64,000 nucleotides of DNA from a virus. Its lineage: Duplodnaviria > Heunggongvirae > Uroviricota > Caudoviricetes. Below, one piece after another: positions 29,298-38,616 of the stretch (positions are counted from its first letter, which is position 1; each line of letters starts with the position of its first letter). The notes under the pieces were generated by a model. The model saw only the letters and a program-made list of their open reading frames with translations. It had not been told where the DNA came from and ran no database searches. The stretch lies in IMG/VR virus record IMGVR_UViG_3300045049_000270; one strand, written 5' to 3'. The position numbers were made by a program, and so were the translations under genes.

Positions 29298-29786
29298 ATG
29301 ATGTTCTTGCCACTTTACGTCGCCGCTTTCGTAGTCATCTGTTACTTTTTGGGACTCTTACATGCAAAGAAAATGAAAAAATGCAAACATACTGATTGCG
29401 CACATTTCATGATCGGCAAAGAGCAGAACTATGCTACAGTTACCATCCCCATCAATTCAGGTATTTTACTGACGTTGGATGATAATCCGTCAACCGGTTA
29501 TATGTGGGAGGTTTGTTCGTATGATTCGAATATCATCATGCAAATGAATCAACCCGAACATCTGCCGATCCAAGCACATTCAGCAACGGGTGATTTATTA
29601 GTTGGTGGCGGTGGTCGTATTCTATGGCGTTTCTGGGCCCAGAAGGAAGGACAGACTACTATCAAGCTGCTTCAGCGGCAACCGTGGGTCCCACCAGGCA
29701 CCGACCCGTATGAAACTGAGTTTTATTGTACAATCAATGTAACAACAAAGAACATTATACCTGCGTTGGAGTCAGTTCATGTCTGA
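29298..29786 (+). CDS. chagasin-like cysteine-protease inhibitor (I42) with N-terminal membrane anchor
   Basis: NPSTGY.W, GGGG...W.F and RQPW loops. Confidence 0.8.
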   Translation: MMFLPLYVAAFVVICYFLGLLHAKKMKKCKHTDCAHFMIGKEQNYATVTIPINSGILLTLDDNPSTGYMWEVCSYDSNIIMQMNQPEHLPIQAHSATGDLLVGGGGRILWRFWAQKEGQTTIKLLQRQPWVPPGTDPYETEFYCTINVTTKNIIPALESVHV

Positions 29787-30096
29787 TATTGATTATCCCG
29801 AACTTTCGAAAGAAGATCTGTGTCTGCTGCTTGCGGCAAGGGATAAAGAATTAGATGAATGGCGCAAATTGCATGATGCCGCGGTTCTTCATCAAAACCT
29901 CATGCGCGGCTTCCCCGCCAAACTTGATAAGAGCCTCTTCCTGCATCTAGCAGGTGCAACTGACTATCAGCACATCTCTCAAGAGCTTGAACAAACCAGG
30001 GCTCTTCTGGCTCGAATTAGACGATATTTGATCAGCGTCAGTCCTCAAACAGTTGAAGTACGAGATCTGCTTCATTCGGTCGAGCAATATCAATAA
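29779..30096 (+). CDS. hypothetical protein
   Basis: 105 aa, GGAG RBS. Confidence 0.7.
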   Translation: MSDIDYPELSKEDLCLLLAARDKELDEWRKLHDAAVLHQNLMRGFPAKLDKSLFLHLAGATDYQHISQELEQTRALLARIRRYLISVSPQTVEVRDLLHSVEQYQ

Positions 30097-30155
30097 ACAA
30101 TAGATCTGGTCTACAAGCTATACTAGACAGTTCCTCATCTCGTCTAGGTGGTCCA

Positions 30156-30389
30156 ATGGAATGGTTGGGTGACAGTGTAACTGACTGGTTCTCCTGCTCA
30201 TATAATCCCGTTGAACCTGGTTGGTACGAAGTTCGAAGGTTCACTGATGAAGGCGAGCCTTTCATACCTGAATGTACCCGCCTTTATTGGGATGAATATT
30301 GGTATTACGACGAAGACTATGACACCTTTGCCATCATGAACCCGGACAATGGCGACTGTTGGAGAGCTCGTACATATACTGTGATGTGA
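30156..30389 (+). CDS. hypothetical protein
   Basis: TDWF....PV..GWYE motif. Confidence 0.7.
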   Translation: MEWLGDSVTDWFSCSYNPVEPGWYEVRRFTDEGEPFIPECTRLYWDEYWYYDEDYDTFAIMNPDNGDCWRARTYTVM

Positions 30390-30597
30390 CACGAACAATA
30401 AAATATTCAAAAAGTTCGCGCCAGTCATTAAAACGGTGTTAGCATTGGCATAAGAAACTCTCGCTCTGGCACCAATCACATTGTTTCGCAAACAATCCAA
30501 TGAGGTTGGAATACTTGCCCTAGAGCCTGTGGACTCTAGGGAGTGTGATGAAACCCAGGCAGAAGTCATGAAAAAATCCACTATTGAGAGGTTGTTA

Positions 30598-30852
30598 ATG
30601 CTTACACCGAAACGATTTATTCTGAATGGTGCCGAATTGGTCGAATCGGCCGAGGGTAATCTGGTCGAATACACATCTTTTGTAGAACTTGCCGCTCATG
30701 CGATCGAAGGCGCTGCTAATAAGGAATTCTTGGATCGTCAAGTTCCTTCGCTAAAGAAAGCGTTGGTTGACATTCTTGTCATTGCGGCATCTTTTGACGA
30801 TGCCGAGATGAGTGAAATCAAAGAGCTCGCGGCACTCGCGTTGGCTCAATGA
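30598..30852 (+). CDS. hypothetical protein
   Basis: GAGG RBS before ATG 30598. Confidence 0.6.
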   Translation: MLTPKRFILNGAELVESAEGNLVEYTSFVELAAHAIEGAANKEFLDRQVPSLKKALVDILVIAASFDDAEMSEIKELAALALAQ

Positions 30853-31001
30853 GTGACAAACGATCCAAGATCGTATTCGGCGAAGCATTCAAGCGATTCA
30901 AAAATCGAGAACCAGCTCAAATGAGCAAGAAAACTCGTGAGTATGCTCGCAAAGTGCTTGAATGTTGTCAAGCGTCTCAAAATGAAGATTCCGAAGCTTG
31001 A
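30849..31001 (+). CDS. small basic protein (50 aa; 67 aa if TGA is read through)
   Basis: ATGA overlap with upstream gene. Confidence 0.45.
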   Translation: MSDKRSKIVFGEAFKRFKNREPAQMSKKTREYARKVLECCQASQNEDSEA

Positions 31002-31130
31002 GCTCAACGAATAGTTGATAGCATGTACTGGAAGAAGAAACCTAAGAAATAGCTTGCCATTTTGGCATTGCAAGCAAAGAATAGAAAGCATAGAATGGCA
31101 AGGGAAACCTTGCCATTCTACCATACATAT

Positions 31131-31388
31131 ATGAAAGGCGTTAAGCTACTTTGGGATCGACACGTGGATCGGGCTGACTTCTGGTGCAAACATGGCTTCA
31201 AGATTGGCTATAATTTTGTGATTGATGTTGAAGAATCATCGAAGCTTGAATTTGAATCATTAGTATCATCCATGTCTTCTGTTCAAGTTCTGTCTAGACT
31301 TGGTCATGGAGATAATCAGATAACTCAAGTGATTCTTATGATAGCCGATGATACAGAAGCTGTTCAATTTAAGATGAGCATAGTATGA
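31131..31388 (+). CDS. FKL.W-family small protein
   Basis: EAVQFKM. Confidence 0.65.
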   Translation: MKGVKLLWDRHVDRADFWCKHGFKIGYNFVIDVEESSKLEFESLVSSMSSVQVLSRLGHGDNQITQVILMIADDTEAVQFKMSIV

Positions 31389-31786
31389 GTCATAATTCAC
31401 TACCTTGGATTCCAGTGGCTGATTTACACCGTTATATGAAAATTTCTCCTCTGAAAATAGCTGGTTTTGGGTACAAGCTTGCTAGTATGATGCCAAGCAT
31501 GCATGCTTATGATAGATGGCTATTAGAGGAACAATACAAAGCAACATTTATGCAAATCAGAAAAGTTCATAATGAATGGCATGTTACCGTTGATAATGCA
31601 AAAGAAAAGATCGAATGGTGTAGAGAAACTTTTGGTGAAGGTGGTAGTAAACCCAAATATAGATGGACTGCAACTTGGTTGGATTTGACTGAGCATAATA
31701 AACTGCTTACGATGCGTAATACAATCACGTTGAAATTCCGCGATAAAGAAGCAATTGCATTATTCAAGCTTCGGTGGATCGAATGA
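31385..31786 (+). CDS. FKL.W-family small protein
   Basis: WCRETFG...ALFKLRW. Confidence 0.75.
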   Translation: MSHNSLPWIPVADLHRYMKISPLKIAGFGYKLASMMPSMHAYDRWLLEEQYKATFMQIRKVHNEWHVTVDNAKEKIEWCRETFGEGGSKPKYRWTATWLDLTEHNKLLTMRNTITLKFRDKEAIALFKLRWIE

Positions 31787-32046
31787 GTGACAAATTCTTT
31801 TCTTATCGAGTGTCTAACGGATGGACTCTTATTTCACCTAAGTACAGATATTCATATGGCTCAATAACAAAGCCTGAAAATGAAGATCTAGTCGCACGCA
31901 TGGAAAAATGGTGCGAAGAAACATTTGGTAATGAGCATTATGGTTCTGGCCCCAATAGTACTTGGTACACGTTACATAATTCATTCTGGTTCTTGAACCA
32001 GTCAGATGTGACAATCTTTGTTCTACGCTGGGTTGATGAAATTTGA
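31783..32046 (+). CDS. FKL.W-family small protein
   Basis: WCEETFG...IFVLRW. Confidence 0.75.
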   Translation: MSDKFFSYRVSNGWTLISPKYRYSYGSITKPENEDLVARMEKWCEETFGNEHYGSGPNSTWYTLHNSFWFLNQSDVTIFVLRWVDEI

Positions 32047-32111
32047 CATAGCGTTCATCTGTTGAATGAATCCGTCATTAGTAGTATAATGATGAATCTT
32101 TAGGAGGAAAC

Positions 32112-32435
32112 ATGATTGACGTTACTGACTATGTGTACCACAATGGTGGAAATATTGCTGGAAATGACAGCTACGATGAACTGCTACAATGGTGTAATGA
32201 TAATGTAGGTGAGAGACTCGATGCTACAAACGGTATGAAATATCAAGCACTTGACGTGATATGGGCCGGTAAAGGTTGGTATTCTGGGATATTCAGAACA
32301 CACAACCCAGAACGAAACCAAAAATTCTTACATTTCTACTTTGCATTCGATGATGAACTTGACGAATTACAATTTAAATTGGCATGGCCTATTTTGACAT
32401 CACATCTACAGCCGTCACATTCAAAACAAGTGTAA
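32112..32435 (+). CDS. FKL.W-family small protein
   Basis: AGGAGG RBS; WCNDNVG...FKLAW. Confidence 0.8.
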   Translation: MIDVTDYVYHNGGNIAGNDSYDELLQWCNDNVGERLDATNGMKYQALDVIWAGKGWYSGIFRTHNPERNQKFLHFYFAFDDELDELQFKLAWPILTSHLQPSHSKQV

Positions 32436-32644
32436 TACGTGAATGGTGCATTGAAAATATTGGCCCAATAACCCATGACGGTCATTTGATTGGCGGTGGT
32501 AACGGTTGGTGGATAGAATATAGTTTCAGTCCACCTGATAAACATGGTTATGTGAAGACAATTAGGCATCTGTTCATATTAAATGATATTGATGCGGTTA
32601 GTTTTAGATTGGCTTATCCAAATGTCCCAATTATAAAAGAATAA
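32384..32644 (+). CDS. FKL.W-family small protein
   Basis: WCIENIG...DAVSFRLAY. Confidence 0.75.
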   Translation: MAYFDITSTAVTFKTSVIREWCIENIGPITHDGHLIGGGNGWWIEYSFSPPDKHGYVKTIRHLFILNDIDAVSFRLAYPNVPIIKE

Positions 32645-32645
32645 A

Positions 32646-32936
32646 GTGGACTTCAACATTACTACGATGTGGTATGAACATTATCATATCACGAGTTTAA
32701 GAAATACAGTTCCAATCACTGATTATTCAGAAATGATTGGATGGCTTGACGAAAATATTGGTTGGGCTATTACTGAAAATAATCGGTTTTTACCATACTA
32801 TGGGCATGGGTGGAGAATTGATATTGATCGTAGTGGTGACGAGCGAGTGAGTGGCATTTGTTTGACTATAGACGATGACACTGCTGCATTAATGTACAAA
32901 CTCGCATATGGCGATAAATGTGATAATAAGAAGTAA
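32646..32936 (+). CDS. FKL.W-family small protein
   Basis: WLDENIG...ALMYKLAY. Confidence 0.75.
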   Translation: MDFNITTMWYEHYHITSLRNTVPITDYSEMIGWLDENIGWAITENNRFLPYYGHGWRIDIDRSGDERVSGICLTIDDDTAALMYKLAYGDKCDNKK

Positions 32937-32939
32937 CAC

Positions 32940-33203
32940 ATGAAAGTATTTGAAATTTCACATATAGTTTGTAACCCAGAAAATGAGAAATGGAATGATT
33001 TGCTTATCTGGTTAACAAATAATATTGGTCCAATTCAATTGGATTTGTTTACAATGCCATATCTTATGAATGGTGATGGGTGGCGAATCAAGATTGATGC
33101 AACGGATGAAGATGATCGCTTATCTATAGCATATTTGCTTGAAATAGATTCAGATGTCTCAGCTGTTCACTTTAAACTTACTGATATATGGTGCATCGTA
33201 TAA
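32940..33203 (+). CDS. FKL.W-family small protein
   Basis: WLTNNIG...AVHFKL. Confidence 0.75.
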   Translation: MKVFEISHIVCNPENEKWNDLLIWLTNNIGPIQLDLFTMPYLMNGDGWRIKIDATDEDDRLSIAYLLEIDSDVSAVHFKLTDIWCIV

Positions 33204-33481
33204 ACGTTCATAGGTATATTCAAAATCATGATGGGTCGATTAATATGGTCGTCTACTATGAAATCATTGAGTGGCTCGAAACCAATTTGGGGCGAGCATA
33301 TCAAGAATATGATGAATTGCATCATGGCCGGCAAATAGCTCGGTGCGGTGAGATTTGGTCATTTCACAAATATCCAGTACCAAGCAAATATGATCCTTTA
33401 TGTGAATCAGAATATGAATGGCAAGTTGCTATGAATTGTGATGATAGTCGTGCTGTTGCATTTAAATTGATATGGTCGTAA
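33188..33481 (+). CDS. FKL.W-family small protein
   Basis: WLETNLG...AVAFKLIW. Confidence 0.75.
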   Translation: MVHRINVHRYIQNHDGSINMVVYYEIIEWLETNLGRAYQEYDELHHGRQIARCGEIWSFHKYPVPSKYDPLCESEYEWQVAMNCDDSRAVAFKLIWS

Positions 33482-33561
33482 TTAGTCTAGAAAATTCGCA
33501 TTGGATGTTAAATATTGACAATGACACACTTGCAGTGGCATTCAAATTAAAATGGCTATAG
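33472..33561 (+). pseudogene. internally deleted FKL.W-family unit (29 aa)
   Basis: MVVISLENSHWMLNIDNDTLAVAFKLKWL keeps only the ends of the family pattern. Confidence 0.65.
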
Positions 33562-33788
33562 ATATTACAAGAATAATTGTCAAACACCTTAATGGACGAC
33601 GCCCCGATTCCATTCCAATGTGCGTAAATTGGTTGTATGAACAGATTGGCGGTAAGCGTAAACCAGAAGCAACACAAGAAGGTCGTTGGTGTGGTCGTGG
33701 ATGGGTAATTCACGAACACGAAGGTAGGTTCTATTTGGAGTGTATTGAATCAACTAGTGAACAGAGATTTTCACTAATATGGTTATAG
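33552..33788 (+). CDS. FKL.W-family small protein
   Basis: WLYEQIG...FSLIW. Confidence 0.75.
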   Translation: MAIDITRIIVKHLNGRRPDSIPMCVNWLYEQIGGKRKPEATQEGRWCGRGWVIHEHEGRFYLECIESTSEQRFSLIWL

Positions 33789-34126
33789 ACATCTCTGAAT
33801 TGATGTGGTCGATTGTTTTAGGCATCAAAAATAACAATCCTATCCAATGGCTTGAAGAAAATGTTGGTCCTCAAATAGATGAACACCCAGATTTTGTGCC
33901 TCAAATGATGGGAGTGCATCAAGAACTTCGTTATCATGGTCGGCAATGGGCGATAACATTTGAAACCTTATTCATTCCCAATCCAGTTTCGGAAGATGAC
34001 TGGGGGCCTAAAAATGGCGAACTCTGGGGTATGATGCCATATTCCAAAACTATTACCACCACACGCTACTTTTTACATCTACTAGATGCTAGTCTAGCAG
34101 TTATGTTCAAATTACTTTGGTTGTAA
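33779..34126 (+). CDS. FKL.W-family small protein
   Basis: WLEENVG...AVMFKLLW. Confidence 0.75.
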   Translation: MVIDISELMWSIVLGIKNNNPIQWLEENVGPQIDEHPDFVPQMMGVHQELRYHGRQWAITFETLFIPNPVSEDDWGPKNGELWGMMPYSKTITTTRYFLHLLDASLAVMFKLLWL

Positions 34127-34372
34127 ATGGCAACAATAGTCACAGACTATCTATTGACTAGTCTCATCCCATCAGATGATAGGCAGCAACGCTATCTTGA
34201 AATAATTGATTGGTTAATAGAAAATGTAGGTCCATCTACACATGTCGGAAATAGACATGGAACGGGTTGGAAACGGTATCCCAGAATTAATGACGCCAGT
34301 GGCCAACTTGAATGGTGTATCGACATTGACGATGATACTTTGGCTGTAATGTTCAAATTGAAATTTGTGTAA
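34127..34372 (+). CDS. FKL.W-family small protein
   Basis: WLIENVG...AVMFKLKF. Confidence 0.75.
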   Translation: MATIVTDYLLTSLIPSDDRQQRYLEIIDWLIENVGPSTHVGNRHGTGWKRYPRINDASGQLEWCIDIDDDTLAVMFKLKFV

Positions 34373-34620
34373 TGAATACGATCGATATATCTAAATACAT
34401 GGTAGATAGTGCCCGAAGTGAAAACTGGCAACCCATGAAATTATGGTTACTCGAAAACGTAGGACCACTCAAAACAGTCCAAGGATCGAAGGCCATTGGA
34501 AAAGGCTGGGAATTAGCAAGACATAGCCAGAAGACACTGACTGGTGCGTATCAGGATACGTACTTCGTAATAATCGAAGACGAATTGCTGGCGTTGGCAT
34601 TTAAGCTTATCTGGTCATGA
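34372..34620 (+). CDS. FKL.W-family small protein
   Basis: WLLENVG...ALAFKLIW. Confidence 0.75.
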   Translation: MNTIDISKYMVDSARSENWQPMKLWLLENVGPLKTVQGSKAIGKGWELARHSQKTLTGAYQDTYFVIIEDELLALAFKLIWS

Positions 34621-34823
34621 TTCACATAACATCTCGATCACATGATTGCATGCTGCATAGCGTATTCCTAAATTGGCTTGTTGCCAATGTGGGGCCGTGC
34701 CATCGCGTCAAATTCGGGATCTTCCAAGGTGACGTTTGGTTGATGTCAGTCACCGCATCAGAAATCAAAGTTTACATTGACGAGCCAGCTCTTGAGGTTA
34801 TGTTCAAGCTGGCTTGTCTGTGA
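34617..34823 (+). CDS. FKL.W-family small protein
   Basis: WLVANVG...VMFKL. Confidence 0.7.
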   Translation: MIHITSRSHDCMLHSVFLNWLVANVGPCHRVKFGIFQGDVWLMSVTASEIKVYIDEPALEVMFKLACL

Positions 34824-35077
34824 ATGCGATCCCTATAACAAAAAACGAAGTTATATTCTTTCCAAGATTGTTGATTGAATGGTTGCACGAGAATATTGGG
34901 CACATCATTCATTCTGATATTTGGTGGTTCGATAGCTATGTTCCTGCAAGCGGTGAAGGATGGCGAATAGTCAAACTTTATCAGAGATTAGGGGATGGAT
35001 CCATCATATCACAATTCTACCTTGAATTCGACCTAGATGTTCATCTTGTTCAATTCAAGCTATCATGGAATTTCTAG
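34814..35077 (+). CDS. FKL.W-family small protein
   Basis: WLHENIG...VQFKLSW; start uncertain. Confidence 0.72.
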   Translation: MSVNAIPITKNEVIFFPRLLIEWLHENIGHIIHSDIWWFDSYVPASGEGWRIVKLYQRLGDGSIISQFYLEFDLDVHLVQFKLSWNF

Positions 35078-35325
35078 ATATTTCAGATCTCATCACCACC
35101 TGCCCGAGATCTACTACTCATGAACTTATCAGTTGGTTGACTGAATGTGTTGGTCCTGTGATAGGTTACCAAATCCCCTGGCCTGCCAGTATAGGTAGCG
35201 GTTGGCAACTTTTTATTGTATCATACCGCTTCAAACTGGCATATCCGGACCTACATGTTAGATCATGGGGTCTTGGGTTAGAAGATGATCGAGATGCTTT
35301 GATGTTTAGACTTAGGTGGCTGTGA
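35065..35325 (+). CDS. FKL.W-family small protein
   Basis: WLTECVG...ALMFRLRW. Confidence 0.75.
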   Translation: MEFLDISDLITTCPRSTTHELISWLTECVGPVIGYQIPWPASIGSGWQLFIVSYRFKLAYPDLHVRSWGLGLEDDRDALMFRLRWL

Positions 35326-35657
35326 TGGCATACGAAATCGACGTTCGATACTTGCTCAATAAAGAGAACTCTTTTGCGAAAATGCTCGATTGGCTAGTAT
35401 CGAATGTTGGCGATTATTTAAATGAACGAATTGCTCCCACACATGGTTCAGTGCATGAATACGATGTAATGGGCCAGGGTTGGAGATATGAATTTCGCAA
35501 ATTTTCTTATGAAATGGCAAACGGTGAAATTGTAACACCAGCACATGATTTGTCTCGATTTGAAATGGTATGCCTGCAAACTGTGACAATTTATTACAGC
35601 AAGTTCGTTTACATCGATGATGAAGATAAAGCAATTCTTTTCAAGTTGAGCATGTAA
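35325..35657 (+). CDS. FKL.W-family small protein
   Basis: WLVSNVG...AILFKL. Confidence 0.75.
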   Translation: MAYEIDVRYLLNKENSFAKMLDWLVSNVGDYLNERIAPTHGSVHEYDVMGQGWRYEFRKFSYEMANGEIVTPAHDLSRFEMVCLQTVTIYYSKFVYIDDEDKAILFKLSM

Positions 35658-35659
35658 TA

Positions 35660-35914
35660 ATGTACCTTGTGGAAATGAGCCGTGAGCATTTTACAGAGAA
35701 TGCTGAAGCATTTGAGGCTTGGCTTGATGAACACATTGGTCCGTTTAAATATCAAAGTGAATCCTTTCATGAGGAACATGAATATATCTATTATGTTGGT
35801 GAAGGATGGACTTTTGTGTTCTATGATCATGTTAAAACTTGGTGTGGTTTCGAATATTTGATGTTTTTCGAGAATGAAGCCGACGCTGTTCAATTCAAGC
35901 TAACATTCCTTTGA
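35660..35914 (+). CDS. FKL.W-family small protein
   Basis: WLDEHIG...DAVQFKLTF. Confidence 0.75.
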   Translation: MYLVEMSREHFTENAEAFEAWLDEHIGPFKYQSESFHEEHEYIYYVGEGWTFVFYDHVKTWCGFEYLMFFENEADAVQFKLTFL

Positions 35915-35987
35915 AATAATAGCTAAAATCTATTGAGTTGTGTTCATATGGTGTTACCATATGAACTATCAATCAATGGAGAATACT

Positions 35988-36257
35988 ATGGGAATACGAG
36001 CATATGTAAACATGCTTGAGGTCGACGAAGATCAAGTAGAGCAAGAACTGCTTGATATGAAATACCCATATGTGACCTTGTCAGCACAAGGTCGTCCGCT
36101 TGAAGAAGGGTATGATATTCACTTCTGGCTTGACGAAAATGTCGGTGAAGAAGATTACTATTATCTAAATATCACCAAATCTCTACAATATCACTCTGTA
36201 TTCTTCACCTATTCAAACGATGCACTCGCCTTCAAACTCGCATTCGGATACAAGTAA
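35988..36257 (+). CDS. FKL.W-family small protein
   Basis: GGAG RBS; WLDENVG...DALAFKLAF. Confidence 0.75.
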   Translation: MGIRAYVNMLEVDEDQVEQELLDMKYPYVTLSAQGRPLEEGYDIHFWLDENVGEEDYYYLNITKSLQYHSVFFTYSNDALAFKLAFGYK

Positions 36258-36321
36258 GGATTCGGTGTATCTGTGGTGGTCCAAGTTTCTATCCTCTTAC
36301 AGTTTCACGTATAGTCTAGAA

Positions 36322-36584
36322 ATGGTGAAACAAGTTGAAGAAGCTGGTCTTGCTATTGTTGCTATTCGCGGACCATATAATGCCGAGCCCGAGGGGCACA
36401 ACTGTCATGGGGTGACGTCCATTCACTATACGAGTGGTTGCAAGAAAACATCGAAAACTACAACTACCTAGTTGAGATTCAAGCAGATGATGATGGCGGA
36501 CAATCATATATCATATTTCCATCACTAGGTAAAGCTGTTGAATGGCGTTTGACTTGGACTGACTATCTTGCAGAACGAACATAA
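36322..36584 (+). pseudogene. frameshifted FKL.W-family gene
   Basis: MVKQVEE...EPEG continues in the -1 frame as AQLSWGDVHSLYEWLQENI...AVEWRLTW; shift near GAGGGG at ~36391. Confidence 0.65.
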
Positions 36585-36647
36585 TAAAATGCTTTGGATG
36601 CATAGTAGTTGGTGCTATAGTAACAAACCAACAACAAGCGCACGACG

Positions 36648-36842
36648 ATGACAAAAGATGATTGTACGGCGTTCATAGTTGAACATTTCGCTGAGCGTCT
36701 GATTTTCACAGCGTCTAGACATTGGTCCATGGTTCGTGAATACGAATTCAATGATGTCATATTTCGTGACTTTCATCACGATGATGGAATAACCTGCTCA
36801 GTGATACAAATTGGCAATATGCTCTTTGCCACCGACGATTGA
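36648..36842 (+). CDS. hypothetical protein
   Basis: 64-aa ORF. Confidence 0.5.
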   Translation: MTKDDCTAFIVEHFAERLIFTASRHWSMVREYEFNDVIFRDFHHDDGITCSVIQIGNMLFATDD

Positions 36843-36881
36843 TGCGTTAAAATGGCGTTCTAATTGACATCATAGTTCAAT

Positions 36882-37163
36882 ATGAACGTTAGAGACTACT
36901 TCAATTCCCAGCGTGCTGATAAAACACAGAATATCACGCAGATACGCAAACTTATGGATGCGCAGCCCTTTGTGCGTCTACCTGTCCCCCAAAATATAAA
37001 GATTGGACCACTTGTTGCATGGTGCCAAGAGAATATCGGGCGTGAAAATTTTGTCATATGTCAGAATACGATCTATTTTGAAGACACTGCGTCAGCTGTT
37101 CAATTCAAGTTACTCTTTAACGAACATTCAATTAAAAATACTAAAAAGAAACGGTGGTACTAA
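36882..37163 (+). CDS. FKL.W-family small protein
   Basis: WCQENIG...AVQFKLLF. Confidence 0.75.
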   Translation: MNVRDYFNSQRADKTQNITQIRKLMDAQPFVRLPVPQNIKIGPLVAWCQENIGRENFVICQNTIYFEDTASAVQFKLLFNEHSIKNTKKKRWY

Positions 37164-37396
37164 TGAAATTAGTAGCATGGGTTGAGGCTCAACCTTCAGA
37201 ACGTAGGGGGACATTTGTCTATTCATCGTTGCTTAAAGCTATGCCACATGAAATTACGATTCCGACTGAGTCGGCAAATGCGGCTGAAGAATGGTGTAAC
37301 AAATGTGTTGCTAATGAAGATTTCGTTTCGGTAGGTTATCGTTTCTTTTTCAAGAACGATAACGATGCACTGATGTTCAAACTAACGTGGTGTTAG
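37163..37396 (+). CDS. FKL.W-family small protein
   Basis: EEWC...DALMFKLTW. Confidence 0.75.
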   Translation: MKLVAWVEAQPSERRGTFVYSSLLKAMPHEITIPTESANAAEEWCNKCVANEDFVSVGYRFFFKNDNDALMFKLTWC

Positions 37397-37451
37397 CAAT
37401 TGCAATAGCCAGTTTTGACGCTTACAATAACGTCAAAATTGGCGATAATAA

Positions 37452-37715
37452 ATGGCATCAGCATTCTTCATTCCTTACAACCACATAGATGAAATAATTG
37501 AAGTTGAACGATGGCTACATGCAAATATTGGACCTCAAATACGTGAAACGATCAAGAATAACATCAAAATCTATAATTGGAAAACTGGAATCACATACGA
37601 CGCTAATTGGGACAGGAGATCAATTAGAGTTATCATTTATGACGATTCACATGCAGTAGCATTCAAGTTACGGTTTGTGGATATTATCAAGAAAACTGTG
37701 CATGGCGACCTTTAG
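37452..37715 (+). CDS. FKL.W-family small protein
   Basis: WLHANIG...AVAFKLRF. Confidence 0.75.
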   Translation: MASAFFIPYNHIDEIIEVERWLHANIGPQIRETIKNNIKIYNWKTGITYDANWDRRSIRVIIYDDSHAVAFKLRFVDIIKKTVHGDL

Positions 37716-37968
37716 TATAGAAGGCATCCAGATTAATAATTACATTTTCTTTAGGAAAGTGAAAGATTGGTTGAATGCCAACATTGGCCCGACTACTTCC
37801 GAATTGCTTGACGACGAAGATAGTGACATTATTTCATACATGAATGGTGATGGGTGGTCAATGAAGTATATATTTGTCTGGGATCAGGCTAGACTGAATA
37901 TAGAATTCAATATTGAAGATGATTGTCAGGCGGTGGCTTTAGCATTGCTGATACGAGATTGGGTGTGA
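37702..37968 (+). CDS. FKL.W-family small protein
   Basis: WLNANIG...GDGW...AVALAL. Confidence 0.72.
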   Translation: MATFSIEGIQINNYIFFRKVKDWLNANIGPTTSELLDDEDSDIISYMNGDGWSMKYIFVWDQARLNIEFNIEDDCQAVALALLIRDWV

Positions 37969-38237
37969 ATGTTATACAGATAACAAAATCAATGCAGGAT
38001 GAAAATGTTCTTGTCTTAGACGATCTGATTGAGTGGTTTACGTTAAGAACATCAACCGAAATTGAAAGAAAAGAGATTAACAGCAACGTTACTTGCACTT
38101 ACGTAAAAGGTGATGGTTGGAGCATCACCTTAACCTTTTTGGTCGGCCAATATAGAAGCTGGTCTATGGTATACCAAATAGAAATAGAAGACAATACACT
38201 GGCTGTTGAATTTGCCCTTGTTAAAGATCGATTCTAA
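37965..38237 (+). CDS. FKL.W-family small protein
   Basis: GDGW...LAVEFAL; GTGA overlap. Confidence 0.7.
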   Translation: MNVIQITKSMQDENVLVLDDLIEWFTLRTSTEIERKEINSNVTCTYVKGDGWSITLTFLVGQYRSWSMVYQIEIEDNTLAVEFALVKDRF

Positions 38238-38323
38238 ATCTACAAGCCATTTATAGGTTTTGTTATAATTAGATTACAGCGATGGTGATAGTACCATTGG
38301 TAAATAACGACCTTGGAGATAAC

Positions 38324-38596
38324 ATGATTTATGAACGGCAGGCTTTTATTGCAAAAAATTCTGATACTACCAAGGATATCTTACTTGCACCTGAACGCTA
38401 TGCAGAATTTGGCATGCCGTGCAAATGCCAGTTTTTTGTTAATATTAGTCTTCCCTGGGATGAAGAAAACTTTAAAAAACGTTTTTGGTTATGGGTTAAA
38501 GCACATATGGAGGGCGAAGTTCGAGTTTTTGGTGACGGAACTTGGATCGGATTCACCAACTATAACGATTCGTTTGAATTCTTCCTTTCCTGGTAA
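38324..38596 (+). CDS. FKL.W-family-like small protein
   Basis: GGAG RBS; WVKAH...DSFEFFLSW. Confidence 0.7.
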   Translation: MIYERQAFIAKNSDTTKDILLAPERYAEFGMPCKCQFFVNISLPWDEENFKKRFWLWVKAHMEGEVRVFGDGTWIGFTNYNDSFEFFLSW

Positions 38597-38616
38597 AGAA
38601 CAAAAAGAATACCAGT

